Shown here: positions 10,835 through 22,139 of the stretch, in pieces
Numbering within the stretch: the stretch's first letter is position 1
Layout: every line of letters starts with the position of its first letter
Origin: Octopus bimaculoides
Taxonomy: Eukaryota
NCBI RefSeq assembly: GCF_001194135.2
Contig: NC_068995.1
Location: 23,853,056-23,891,599 of the forward strand
DNA length: 38,544 nt
Direction of reading: 5' to 3'
Made by a program: the position numbers and the translations under genes
The notes under the pieces: model-generated
Seen by the model: only the letters and a program-made list of their open reading frames with translations
Database searches by the model: none
Told to the model about the DNA's origin: nothing

Positions 10835-11635
10835 CAAGGTAGTATCAGAAAGTCCCGGACTTGTTATGTTCAATAAATAATAACTTATTTACCTAAATTT
10901 TATTTCCTTTGAAATAGTGACTTTGCGCAGCTACACACTGGTCTCAGCATTCAACACACTCTTGGAATCCAGCTTGGAAATTGTTTTCCATAAGCAAGTC
11001 GAGGACTTTCTGTAACTCGCTCTGGATTTCGACAACGGTGTTAAAACGGTGACCTTTGAGCTACATTTCCCTTTTGGGGGAGAGATGGCATTTCACAGGT
11101 GCTACATCTGGCAAATAGGGTGCGGAAGCGATACCATGTTGCTTTTAGCGAGAAACTCACAGGTGGGGAGAGCTTGGTGACAGGGTGCATTGTCGTCACG
11201 AAGAATCCAATTTCTCACGCACCCCAGATCTGGTTTTCTCTCTCGAATGTCATTCCTTCCAACGCTTCAAAACATCGCAGTAGAACTCTCGATTGACAGT
11301 CTGGCGCTAAGGGACGAATTCTCGATGCACAATACCACATTTCCGGGGGTGATGCTCGTGGCAGGTCTTCGATATTGCTCATTGTCTTCCAAGGATGTTT
11401 TCCCACTTTTAGATCGCCCGCTTCACACGAAACATTACGTGTGACCTATTGCTGAAGCATATTCAGTGTCTTTGTAGCAAACGTCCCAAGTGTAACGCAA
11501 AATTTCACGTTGGCTCTCTGCTACTCTCTACCATGACATCGCAGACTTCAGTATACACATGATACCAACACGCCGTGTGCTGCCATCTGCTGGGATGCTA
11601 CAGATCTATTCCGTGAAAGTTTTGATGCCATCTCG
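10835..11635 (-). mobile_element. Internally deleted mariner with both TIRs
   Basis: TA + CAAGGTAGTATCAGAAAGTCCCGGACT at 10835. The reverse complement of 11606-11635 is CGAGATGGCATCAAAACTTTCACGGAATAG. Minus-strand remnants: QRANVKFCV, KSGKTSLED, GIVHREFVP..TVNREFYCDVL, DDNAPCH, YLPDVAP, YFKGNKI*. Confidence 0.88.
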
Positions 11636-12197
11636 TTTAAGGACGGCATAATGACTACTATGAAGTCATTTGGAATGGATCCAGAAGACATAGAAACCTT
11701 TGCTTCGGAGCGAGTTGGATGGCGAACAAAAGTGTGGAGCGGAGTGAAAGCGTTTGAAGAGGCCAGGATAACGCATGTAAGACTCAAAAGAGACCTACGG
11801 AATAATGTAACTATCGAGAAGGTGAATGACAATGACCTTTTTGTGTGCACAGTTTGTGACACACCATGCCTTTCTTTTGCTGGGTTCAAATCTCATTTAC
11901 GAAACCATGGAAAACGAACCTCCACCAACTATTATCCATACATGTCTGTGCACAGCTTTGAATGCAGTGTATGCCAGAAGGTTTGCAAATCTAACGGAGA
12001 CCTCAAAAGACATTGTAAGAGCCACAAAGATCAGAACTTTTCTGTAGCTCTTGGTTGTCCAAATCGGATGTGAAATCTATGTGGATGTCTTTTCAGAACA
12101 TTTTCTTGTTTAAAAAGCCACATCAGATGTCATGATGGTGCTATGATGTAGGTACAGGAGGTGGTCAAACTTTGCATAAGGAGTAGATAACCACCAT
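11634..12197 (+). mobile_element. 5'-truncated RTE-clade LINE 3' end encoding three C2H2 zinc fingers
   Basis: FKD...MKSFGMDPEDIETFASERVGWRTKVWSGVKAFEEAR...KRDLR is the typical RTE post-RT C-terminus. It is followed by C-x2-C-x12-H-x3-H motifs; the frame continues past TGA (12071-73) to TAG at 12151. Confidence 0.8.
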
Positions 12198-12434
12198 ATA
12201 TATATATATATACATATAGCATTATATGTTTCTATTTGTCTGTGTTAGTTCCCTACCACCGCTCAACAACCGATATTGGTGTGTTTACGTCCACAGTAAT
12301 GTAGCGGTATAGCGAAGTACCAGGCTTTAAAAAATGAGTACTGGTGTCGATTCATGCGACTAAAAATTCTTCAAGGCGGTGCCCGATAATGGCTGCTGTC
12401 TAATGACTGAAATAAATAAACTGTAAAAGAAAAG
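12198..12434 (+). mobile_element. tRNA-derived SINE, 3' half
   Basis: TA run, then TGTCTGTGTT...ACAACCGATATTGGTGTGTTTACGTCC...GGCGGTGCCC...AATGACTGAAA, which I recognise as the 3' part of the same SINE family as 10636-10831. Confidence 0.65.
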
Positions 12435-12874
12435 ACAAAACATATATTTCGTTCATATATAAAACGTAACAGATTATTTCCAATGTCAACAAAATTGTAA
12501 AGAGGTAGAATGTGACACGTCACAACCAATAGCAACAGCAATCAGAAAGTGCTGAACTCTACATGCCATCATGTCACAGACAATCACGCATATCCAACAA
12601 TATCAGGAGAGTATACAAACAGAGAAGGCATTATAAATTGAATATTTTATCAGTTAGTATGTGAATACTATAAAAGCTGAATGTTTTATCGCAGAAAATT
12701 AAATTATTGAAGCGTTGTTATGAATGTTAGGGTTCCAGCAAATTTGTGTCGTCTATTATCTTTAGCTCAGATCTTTGCAGTTACGTTTTACACGCACTTG
12801 CGCACATACAGACACGCACATGAATATATTTGTGAAACAACACACACACGCTTTTGGGCAAATGCTACTACGTG

Positions 12875-12878
<4 letters not shown>

Positions 12879-12913
<35 letters not shown>
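12879..12913. repeat. (GATA)n microsatellite
   Basis: Directly visible; another (GATA)n tract lies at ~14800-14853. Confidence 0.95.
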
Positions 12914-12914
<1 letters not shown>

Positions 12915-13536
12915 AAGCCATTTTCTGACTTACTAAAACAAAAAATGTAAGCATAACAACTATACCACTACGTTGCATCTAAATACGTCAGTTTATATTT
13001 TTCCCACAGATGGTGACTCATGCACACTCATAAGTACAGAGAAACACACACAGAGGTGTGCACACACACACACACACATGCGAGCACACACATATATTGT
13101 ATTTATGTTTATAAACGAAAATGAGCAAGGAAAATAACTGAGTTAATACCTGTGGCATAGAGATAACGATGAAGGGATATCAAATAACATACAAGATAAA
13201 TTCTTCATTTATTTGTAATAGCTTACCTTCACGAACAGGGTAAATAAACACGTAATGGCAAAACTATGATTAATTCCAAATGAGAGAAGATACTCCAAAG
13301 AAAACAGAGTTCACCGAAAGTGACGCTTTGAATACCTCCACCTACATCTTCACCCCACATCCCAACCCCACCCTCACATCCCCACAACACACCACTCTAC
13401 ACACACCTTGAACTGACCACTCTGTAGTACCCACACCACACACCATTACTGCAGACCCACCCACCATCATTTGTATGTATGTATGTATGCATGCATGTAT
13501 ATATACATATATATATACATATATATATATATATAA

Positions 13537-14331
13537 TGGGTCATCCCACGAATAATGCAGTTTTTTCAATTGTATGAACTAAAGTCGGAGGGGATGGGAT
13601 AAACTACCTATATCAATTTGCTATAAAAGCAGGTAGTAATTTCACTTTGTACTTATTCTTAGTGCAAATTTTGAATAGCCCAATTTGATTTTAACAGTTT
13701 TTCAAAGCTATAACGGAAGTAACAAAGGAGCATATTGGGCATATTTTCCTTTCGGAGTTCAATAAAGGCAACAACGCAACAGAAAGTGCGAGGAATATTA
13801 AGGCAGTATATGGGGACCGGACAATAACCGTTAGCCAGTGTCAAAGGTGGTTTCAGAAATTCCGAGCCTGAAACTAGAGCCTAGAACACGAGCCTCAGGA
13901 TCTGTAGAACTCGATCATAACTGTTGAGGAACTAGCAGAGAAGCTTGGATTTGGTCATTCAACCAGTCATTTAAGTCAGCACTAGAAGAAAAACGACCTT
14001 CTTTGGTTCCATGACGAAAGGTATTCTTCCATCAGGATAATGCTCGGCCATATACAGCGAGGATGACATTCCAAAGGCTAGAACAATTTGAATGGGAAAC
14101 GTTGAACCCATCCACCCAATTCGCCGGACATTGCCCCATCTGATTATCATTTATTCTGCAGTCTTCAAATTCATTTGGACGGAAAAAATATGAATTTTGT
14201 AGACGAGGTCAAAGAGTACTGGTGGAATATTTTTTGTTACGGACGGGAGAATTTTGAAAGAAGGGCATTGCAAGCTGCCAGATAGATGGAAGAGCCTTGT
14301 AAAAAATAAAGGAGAGTATATTTTAAATTAA
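13537..14331 (+). mobile_element. Decayed, internally deleted mariner
   Basis: (M)EVTKEHIGHIFLSEFNKGNNATESARNI.AVYGDRT...QCQRWFQKFR, then DNARPYTARMTFQRLEQFEWE, DIAPSDYHLF.SLQ, GEYILN*. A putative left TIR starts near 13537; the right TIR was not found before the gap. Confidence 0.88.
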
Positions 14332-14421
14332 AAGAGAACTTTGTTTATCTTAATTATCTTAATTAAAAATAAGGAAAATGACGAATTTGAACATTGGAAT
14401 TTCAAGTTTCTNNNNNNNNNN

Positions 14422-14452
<31 letters not shown>

Positions 14453-14479
14453 CATATGCAATACATATGCATATATACC

Positions 14480-14512
<33 letters not shown>

Positions 14513-14798
14513 AAGGTAGTTGCTCTGACTGACATTTCATTGTGTTATTTGCCTAGTGTTCCTTTGAGCATGCGCCGTAAGGAACGCATTCGCACTCAAG
14601 CACTTTTGTATTGGTCTGATGTCTTTTCGGTTTTGACTTATCATGTACACTACGCAAAGCGAGAGAAATCTCAGGCGCCAAATACTCCGTATTTTCTTGT
14701 TTCTCTTTTTTCAGAACCTGAATAACTCTGACAGAATATATTTACTTATACACCCAGCCACACAACATGTACCCAGTGAAAAATATATGCATATAGGT

Positions 14799-14831
<33 letters not shown>

Positions 14832-15451
14832 GAGATAGATAGATAGATAGATACATGTATGTGTACATAAATGAATTTGTATTTGTGTGCGCGTACGTAT
14901 ACAAACAAATATATGCTTCTCCCTCTCTCTCTCTGTATAAATGCGTATATATTTATATATATATATATATATATATATNNNNNNNNNNNNNNNNNNNNNN
15001 NNNNNNNNNNNNNNNNNNNNNNNNNNNNNNNNNNNNNNNNNNNNNNNNNNNNNNNNNNNNNNNNNNNNNNNNNNNNNNNNNNNNNNNNNNNNNNNNNNNN
15101 NNNNNNNNNNNNNNNNNNNNNNNNNNNNNNNNNNNNNNNNNNNNNNNNNNNNNNNNNNNNNNNNNNNNNNNNNNNNNNNNNNNNNNNNNNNNNNNNNNNN
15201 NNNNNNNNNNNNNNNNNNNNNNNNNNNNNNNNNNNNNNNNNNNNNNNNNNNNNNNNNNNNNNNNNNNNNNNNNNNNNNNNNNNNNNNNNNNNNNNNNNNN
15301 NNNNNNNNNNNNNNNNNNNNNNNNNNNNNNNNNNNNNNNNNNNNNNNNNNNNNNNNNNNNNNNNNNNNNNNNNNNNNNNNNNNNNNNNNNNNNNNNNNNN
15401 NNNNNNNNNNNNNNNNNNNNNNNNNNNNNNNNNNNNNNNNNNNNNNNNNNN

Positions 15452-15484
<33 letters not shown>

Positions 15485-15944
15485 TGTATAGCTGTGAAAG
15501 AGAGAAACCTGCAGAGGGAGACACCACATACATATACATATAAGTGTTGTGTGATTTAATCATACATATTGGTAACTGTATTGCAGCTGAATCCAACAAA
15601 AACTCATTTTGTTTATCTTTAGTTATCTAAAGGTAGAAAACGATAATTTCAACACCATTCATGCGACACACAATTTGATATTACAAACAGTATATATCAG
15701 ATTTATTATTAGATTACTTTTACTTTTCAGTTTTACAAATAATATTAAAATATTAAAATAAAATATTTCATATAAACATTTTCTTTCTTTACATTTCCGA
15801 TGTTTAAAAAATACATCGAATGAAGAAAGAAAAAATAAAGTTTGAAATTTTCCATTTTCACATCATAAAATATATATTTTTATTTCACAATTTAAGCTCT
15901 ATCTTACAATTGACAAATATATCCAATATATGTATGTGTACATA

Positions 15945-15980
15945 CTTACATAAATACATGTATGTATATATGTATGTATG

Positions 15981-16014
<34 letters not shown>

Positions 16015-16025
16015 TGTATGTATGT
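15945..16025. repeat. (TATG)n microsatellite
   Basis: Directly visible. Confidence 0.9.
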
Positions 16026-16322
16026 AGGCGATCATAGCTATTGTTCATATTTTTATGGATGGTTATATATTTCATAGTAAATACGATTATTGGGCAAATA
16101 TAGGAACCTCTGCAATATGATATATGTTTATTTTTATCTTTAAACTCGTAAGCTTTTGGTAATGAGATTTACAGAGCAAAAATAAACAATGCCAGTTTAA
16201 TATATTGAAATATTTGTACTTTCCCAAAAGCAGTATTACAACTTATACATACATACATACTTACATGTATATGCATATGTATGTACGTGTGTAGATATGT
16301 GTATACATTTGTGTGTGTATTA

Positions 16323-16377
<55 letters not shown>

Positions 16378-17275
16378 TATATATGTAGTTCGGTTTTATA
16401 TTACTATTTTTTTTAAACTGTTTTCAGAAGTTCTTCAACTTTTGCGTTCACAATAGACGAAAAAAGCAGCTCAGATGAAAATATTTAATTATAAACCAGT
16501 CTGGTAGGATACATTTAATATAAAACCAAAAGTTAAAATCGATTTATTTATATTCATTCAATTCGACATATTACATCAATCAGCTGAATTTGATGTAATT
16601 TCTTAAATAATCTGTCAAAGTAGTCAGTTGCTTAGACAGTATTTTCTTGTCTCTACCATTTCATCTATTTATTTCATTGGTGCTACCTTCGATATATTTT
16701 CTGGAATATTTCTAATACCTTTTTCAATCTAAAATATGTCCTACTTATCCAGTTTAAATATATTGCTGATAATGTTTTGATAGCAATTGAACTATCTTAG
16801 ATTTTTCTTCCAAATAACTATTTCTTCTGTATAACTGCTTGCTGTCGAATCTTCATTTGTTCCAAAATACAAGACATTCCATTTGCATAATCTCAGAAAC
16901 GTGGATCATAAAGATTATTGATGAATACCTTCTTCAGATTTCAAAATTACACTTTGTCTAGTTGCGATCGAGTATGACGAATTCATACGCTCGTATTAAT
17001 AAAATTCTAAGAATCTACATCTATGGGGCCATTACGCAACATTGCTAACATATCAATTCGTTAATAGTTGCAATCTGTAAAATGAATTAAAAGGAAATTA
17101 CGACTCTGATAAATTCCATGCGTACGTAAGCTACAGAAATATAAAATGCCCTGTTTATAATCTGATCTGTTGGGTACATGGTGTTTCATTTCTTTCAGTA
17201 GCTGTAAATTTGTTGCCTAACATTTATATATATGGTGGGCGGAGGATGTAATAGCGGGGAATGCGTGTGTATCTA

Positions 17276-18547
17276 TAAAGTTGCATTCCGGAAGTTTTCA
17301 GATTTTTTCAGGAGAGATTAATTTTAAAGAAGTAAAAAAAAAAAAACGAAATTCCCTTATCTACTTCAAATTAGTATCCTCTGACTTCAAAGCGCTTGTA
17401 TCGATCCAGCCACTTCGTGGAGGGCCCATTGAAGTCCTTCAAGTTAAGGTGCCCAGGACACTTGAAACAGACCTCTTCATCTTCATCTTCAAAACGTTTG
17501 CTCCAGAGGTTCTCTTTCAGCTAAAAGAACAACCAAAACACAGGGAGCGAGATGTGGACAGTAGGGAGAGTGAAGGAGAGATTTTATGCTTATCTCGGTC
17601 AAGTACTTAATTACCAGAATAGAATTGTGGACTGTTTCATTGTGCTTGTGCAGGTGCCAACGACCCGAGTGGAAGAGCTCTGGCCTTTTGCAAGGACGCA
17701 TCTTCCTGAACTCCCTCAAAATTTCCCAGAAAGTATTCTTTGCTGACGGTCTTCCCAATGGATGTAGATGTTGCCTATGCTGTGGAAAAAGCGGTTAATC
17801 ATGTGCTTCCCGGTGGACTTACTTTACCTGGACTTCTTGTGTCTGGGGGAGCCAGGATGTTCCCATTGGGAATTCTGCCTCTTGCTCTCTGGCAAATAAC
17901 AGTAGATTCAGATTTCATCACAGGTCACGAAAGGCTCAAATTCCCTTCAATTGGAGGTAATATACTCAATCATCTCCCTTCAGTTATGAATACATCTTGC
18001 CTTCTGCATGCCACTGAACAACTCGGGAACAAATGTTGCTCACATTTTACGCCTGTTAATATCTTCATGAATAATTCTGTGTACAACTGACACACCAACT
18101 CCAAACTGAATTATTATTGTATTTACAGAGACATGAGGGTCTTCATCTAGAAAATTATGAATTTTCTCAAATAACTACGATAATCTGACGTCGCATTCCC
18201 GCCCATAATTTCCAAGTCCCATAATTTCTCTTCCCCTGTCTACTGAGCTTGAACTTCCTGTGACAGGGCCAAACGGATGCTTGGCTCATGCAAGTTAATC
18301 CATAAATAACCTGGATCATTTCATAAGTTTTTGTAACGGTTTTGCTCAGTTTGGCACAAAACTTTATTGCATAGCGAGCTTCCAGGCAGTCATGTCTCGG
18401 ATTCACTCTGCTAGTAAGACAGCTGTGACAGGTAATATTTAATAGGGATGGCACTGTTCAATGTACTGTTACAGTCGCCTTGTTCAATCTCGAATAAATA
18501 TTACAATAATCTAGGACAGTTACAACTACCTCTCCTAAAAAGACTGG
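17276..18547 (-). mobile_element. Near full-length decayed mariner (DD34D spacing)
   Basis: Minus-strand remnants: EARYAIKFCAKL, VHRIIHED, QWEHPGSP, EILREFRK..CKRPELFHSGRWHLH, HSPYCPHLAPC (34 residues between the decayed D positions). Decayed right TIR at 17276; only the inner part of the left TIR (AAAAAGACTGG, 18537-18547) remains. Confidence 0.88.
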
Positions 18548-19053
18548 TTCTCCATCATGCATATGAGGTGGCAAGATCGCATTCCTGGCGCAGTTACCGA
18601 GGAAGCCCTCGTTAGATCATCGAAGCGGCGCTGGGCGAGTTATGTGTGCAGGATGGAGGGCGGCAGGCTCCCAAAAGCAGTTTTCTACGCTGAACTGCAT
18701 CAGGCCAGGAGTGGTGATGGCTAAAGTTTATGATACAGGGATGTGCTGAAGAGATATATGAAGAAGTCAGGCATCTCCCCAATAACATGGGAGAAGAAGG
18801 CCGCGCGGCGCGATGAATGACGTCGATTGGTAAAGATCGTGGCTCCAGCCATTAAGGAGAAAAGGACAGAGAGAATACTAAAGAGCACCTGAGAGGTGTC
18901 TCTTTTCTATTGCCTCCTTCACCGGATGCAGATACAATGGCTACTGCAGATCAAGAGTAGGCCCTGCGGCCCACATGCGAGCCTGAGAGAGGTGATTATC
19001 AAACAAGAACAGTCAACGTCGACTTACGATAATGGACAGCCGATGATGACGAT
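18548..19053 (+). mobile_element. 5'-truncated RTE-clade LINE 3' end, with one degenerate zinc-finger motif and a (GAT)n-like tail
   Basis: SIMHMRWQDRIP...RRWASYVCRMEGGRLPKAVFYAEL...YRDVLKRYMKKSGISPITWEKKAARR, terminal C..(C)x12H motif, ending in GATGATGACGAT. Confidence 0.85.
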
Positions 19054-19057
19054 ATAT

Positions 19058-19113
<56 letters not shown>

Positions 19114-19216
19114 NNNNNNNNNNNNNNNNNNNNNNNNNNNNATATATATATATATATATATACACATGAACACACACATTCACATATATATATATACATG
19201 TGTGTGTGTATGTATT

Positions 19217-19287
<71 letters not shown>

Positions 19288-19297
19288 NNNNNNNNNN

Positions 19298-19367
<70 letters not shown>

Positions 19368-19370
19368 TAG
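19054..19370. repeat. (CA)n/(TA)n compound microsatellite with small gaps
   Basis: Directly visible. Confidence 0.95.
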
Positions 19371-21028
19371 GTGTGTGAATGTATATGTATATAGACAGAT
19401 AGTGATATAAGTAAATACATGGTTGTGTATGTGTCCATCTTTTTTATGTGTTATGTTTATATGTAAGAAAGCATGCATTTCTTTACCCGATACAAAGGTA
19501 ACAAGGAATTATTTGACTGTGATTAACAAACAGCCAGTTACTCGTAAAACATACGATCAAAGACATTTCAGTCTAAGCCTCTCGTCTTTTATTCTGAAAA
19601 CTTGCATTATCTAATCAACTCTTCTTGCGAAAGAAGGTAGGACGTGAGTTGAGTGAAATTTAGTTGTTATTTCTAGCAGGTCGAGTGACTGCGCAATGGC
19701 TCCCTTGTTGGTCCGATATTGTTATCGTAATGTTTGCTTTTAATGATATCCTTTACTTGTTAACATTAATCTATACTAATTGGATTTCTCGTCTAGTGTT
19801 GTTTGTTCTCGTGTCTCTTGCACTCATCATCACTGTTTATTTGTTTTGAACTTTCACATAAGTCATCTTCAGCCATCACATTGATAAACATTATGTTCAA
19901 ATAACAAATATTTATTTCACAATTCATCTTTATAATATCATTTATCACTATTTTCATTATGTTAACCATTATACCTAAAACTGGTCACTTTTGATCATTT
20001 TCCTTTCCTTGTAATTGTAGATGTTGCAGTCATTCATTCTGCAGCAAATAGTTTTGATGAAACATAAACGCGTGAGGTTTTGATCTGTATAGTGTAGAGC
20101 AGTTTCATAACACTGCCGTGTAGTTTGATATAATCGTTTGGTTGTACTAAAGGGTAGAATTTAATGTTGTAGTGTAGTGGACATAGTAAGTAATGTTTTG
20201 TATTAAGAGTTTAAATTTCTCATGCGGTGTGGTTTAATTCAGTATCTTTGTTCATTATATTAGAGTGGTGTTTACGCTTGAAGTCTCCAACTTTCATGTG
20301 TGTGTCCGCGCACCTACGGGTGTGTATGAATGTGAGTATGTATACGTGTCTAGTTATTACATAGGAAATGTAACTATATAAAATATATTAACTGTTTTGT
20401 TACTTTCGCAGAATTATTTTGTCAGATTTATAACCATTAAGATATTTCTTGAATAAAAAAATATCTCAACATTCATATTTGTATGTTCAAAGTATGTTTC
20501 ATTTACTTAATTATGTTTTCGTCTTCAGATACTCTAATCTTACATATATAAATCTGTTTACGATAGAGAGTAACTAAGGAAATATGACGCTAATACCGCT
20601 TAATTTTATAATTATTTCAACTACCAATTATTTTAGAAATTTAGATATAGATGTTCTTACTGAAAATAACAATAACCAAAAGAAAATATTTACAAGAAAA
20701 CAATCTTTTTGATGTTCTGTATTACAGTTATAACCATGCCTTTTAGATGTAGTCCTATCGTTCTCTCTTAAGCATATGAACATGTACTTAGGTAATTAAT
20801 TTATAGTTTAATTATTAGTTCACGGATATCATAACAAGAATTAAGCTCTATAAACCATCAGACAAACATCACAGCTCATACGACAAATTGCTCACCTCTG
20901 AACATGTGGCCTATGGAGCATTCCACACTCAGCGAGTGTACTGACCAAACAGACACATTTCTCTCTTGCCCTCCTAATACTATGGAAAAGGAGTATTTCA
21001 CCCAAAATATCAGGACTAATTATTTTAG

Positions 21029-21042
21029 GTAACATTTCAATA
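21029..21042 (+). repeat. Target-site duplication, left copy (GTAACATTTCAATA)
   Basis: An identical 14-mer occurs at 24203-24216. The two copies abut the ends of the PLE. Confidence 0.92.
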
Positions 21043-21097
21043 CATTATTTACATTATTTACATTCGACGGATATTTGTCCTCATCTTGTTTGTTGTT

Positions 21098-21143
21098 AAC
21101 ACAACGTTTCGGCTGATATACCCTCCAGCCTTCGTCAGGTGTC
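21098..21143 (-). ncRNA. Minimal type I hammerhead ribozyme (inverted copy)
   Basis: Minus strand: GACAC-CTGACGA-A-GGCTG-GAGGGTATAT-CAGCC-GAAAC-GTT-GTGTT. Confidence 0.85.
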
Positions 21144-21237
21144 TTGGGGAAATTTCGAACCTGGGTTCTCATTCCTAACGATGTTACTATTATTATATTA
21201 TTATTATTATTATTATTATTACTATTATTATTAATCA

Positions 21238-21305
21238 GGTCGCTGAATCGAACTCGGAACCTTGGGGTTAGTAGCCCGCGCTCTTAACCACTACGCCATA
21301 TGCCC
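21238..21305 (-). promoter_or_regulatory. tRNA-derived Pol III A/B-box head (inverted copy; 5-nt deletion after the B box)
   Basis: Reverse complement of 23909-23981, lacking 5 nt. Confidence 0.7.
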
Positions 21306-22139
21306 GTGGGCAATTATGGGGTGAATTTTAAGGCTTATAAATCTGTTATTTTTCTATCCATCCTCAATACCGGTTCCCATATGCTATTCATATCTGAACT
21401 CGGTCTACTTAGGAGGTTGCTGTGTCCTANNNNNNNNNNNNNNNNNNNNNNNNNNNNNNNNNNNNNNNNNNNNNNNNNNNNNNNNNNNNNNNNNNNNNNN
21501 NNNNNNNNNNNNNNNNNNNNNNNNNNNNNNNNNNNNNNNNNNNNNNNNNNNNNNNNNNNNNNNNNNNNNNNNNNNNNNNNNNNNNNNNNNNNNNNNNNNN
21601 NNNNNNNNNNNNNNNNNNNNNNNNNNNNNNNNNNNNNNNNNNNNNNNNNNNNNNNNNNNNNNNNNNNNNNNNNNNNNNNNNNNNNNNNNNNNNNNNNNNN
21701 NNNNNNNNNNNNNNNNNNNNNNNNNNNNNNNNNNNNNNNNNNNNNNNNNNNNNNNNNNNNNNNNNNNNNNNNNNNNNNNNNNNNNNNNNNNNNNNNNNNN
21801 NNNNNNNNNNNNNNNNNNNNNNNNNNNNNNNNNNNNNNNNNNNNNNNNNNNNNNNNNNNNNNNNNNNNNNNNNNNNNNNNNNNNNNNNNNNNNNNNNNNN
21901 NNNNNNNNNNNNNNNNNNNNNNNNNNNNNNNNNNNNNNNNNNNNNNNNNNNNNNNNNNNNNNNNNNNNNNNNNNNNNNNNNNNNNNNNNNNNNNNNNNNN
22001 NNNNNNNNNNNNNNNNNNNNNNNNNNNNNNNNNNNNNNNNNNNNNNNNNNNTCTTCATAATTGGAGTAGATAGTATGTTCTTGGAGTAGTTGTTTCTTAA
22101 TAGATTGTTACTGAGCTTGATCATTTCCTCGTGGTGGGT

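Noticed and set aside
12071-12073. TGA as selenocysteine or programmed readthrough in the third zinc finger
   Set aside because: A single-base nonsense mutation in a dead, truncated retroelement is far simpler, and no SECIS-like structure was seen.
16428-17050. Acceptor-like site at 16427 and coding-looking minus-strand stretch
   Set aside because: Stops occur in all frames and I could not match any family motif.
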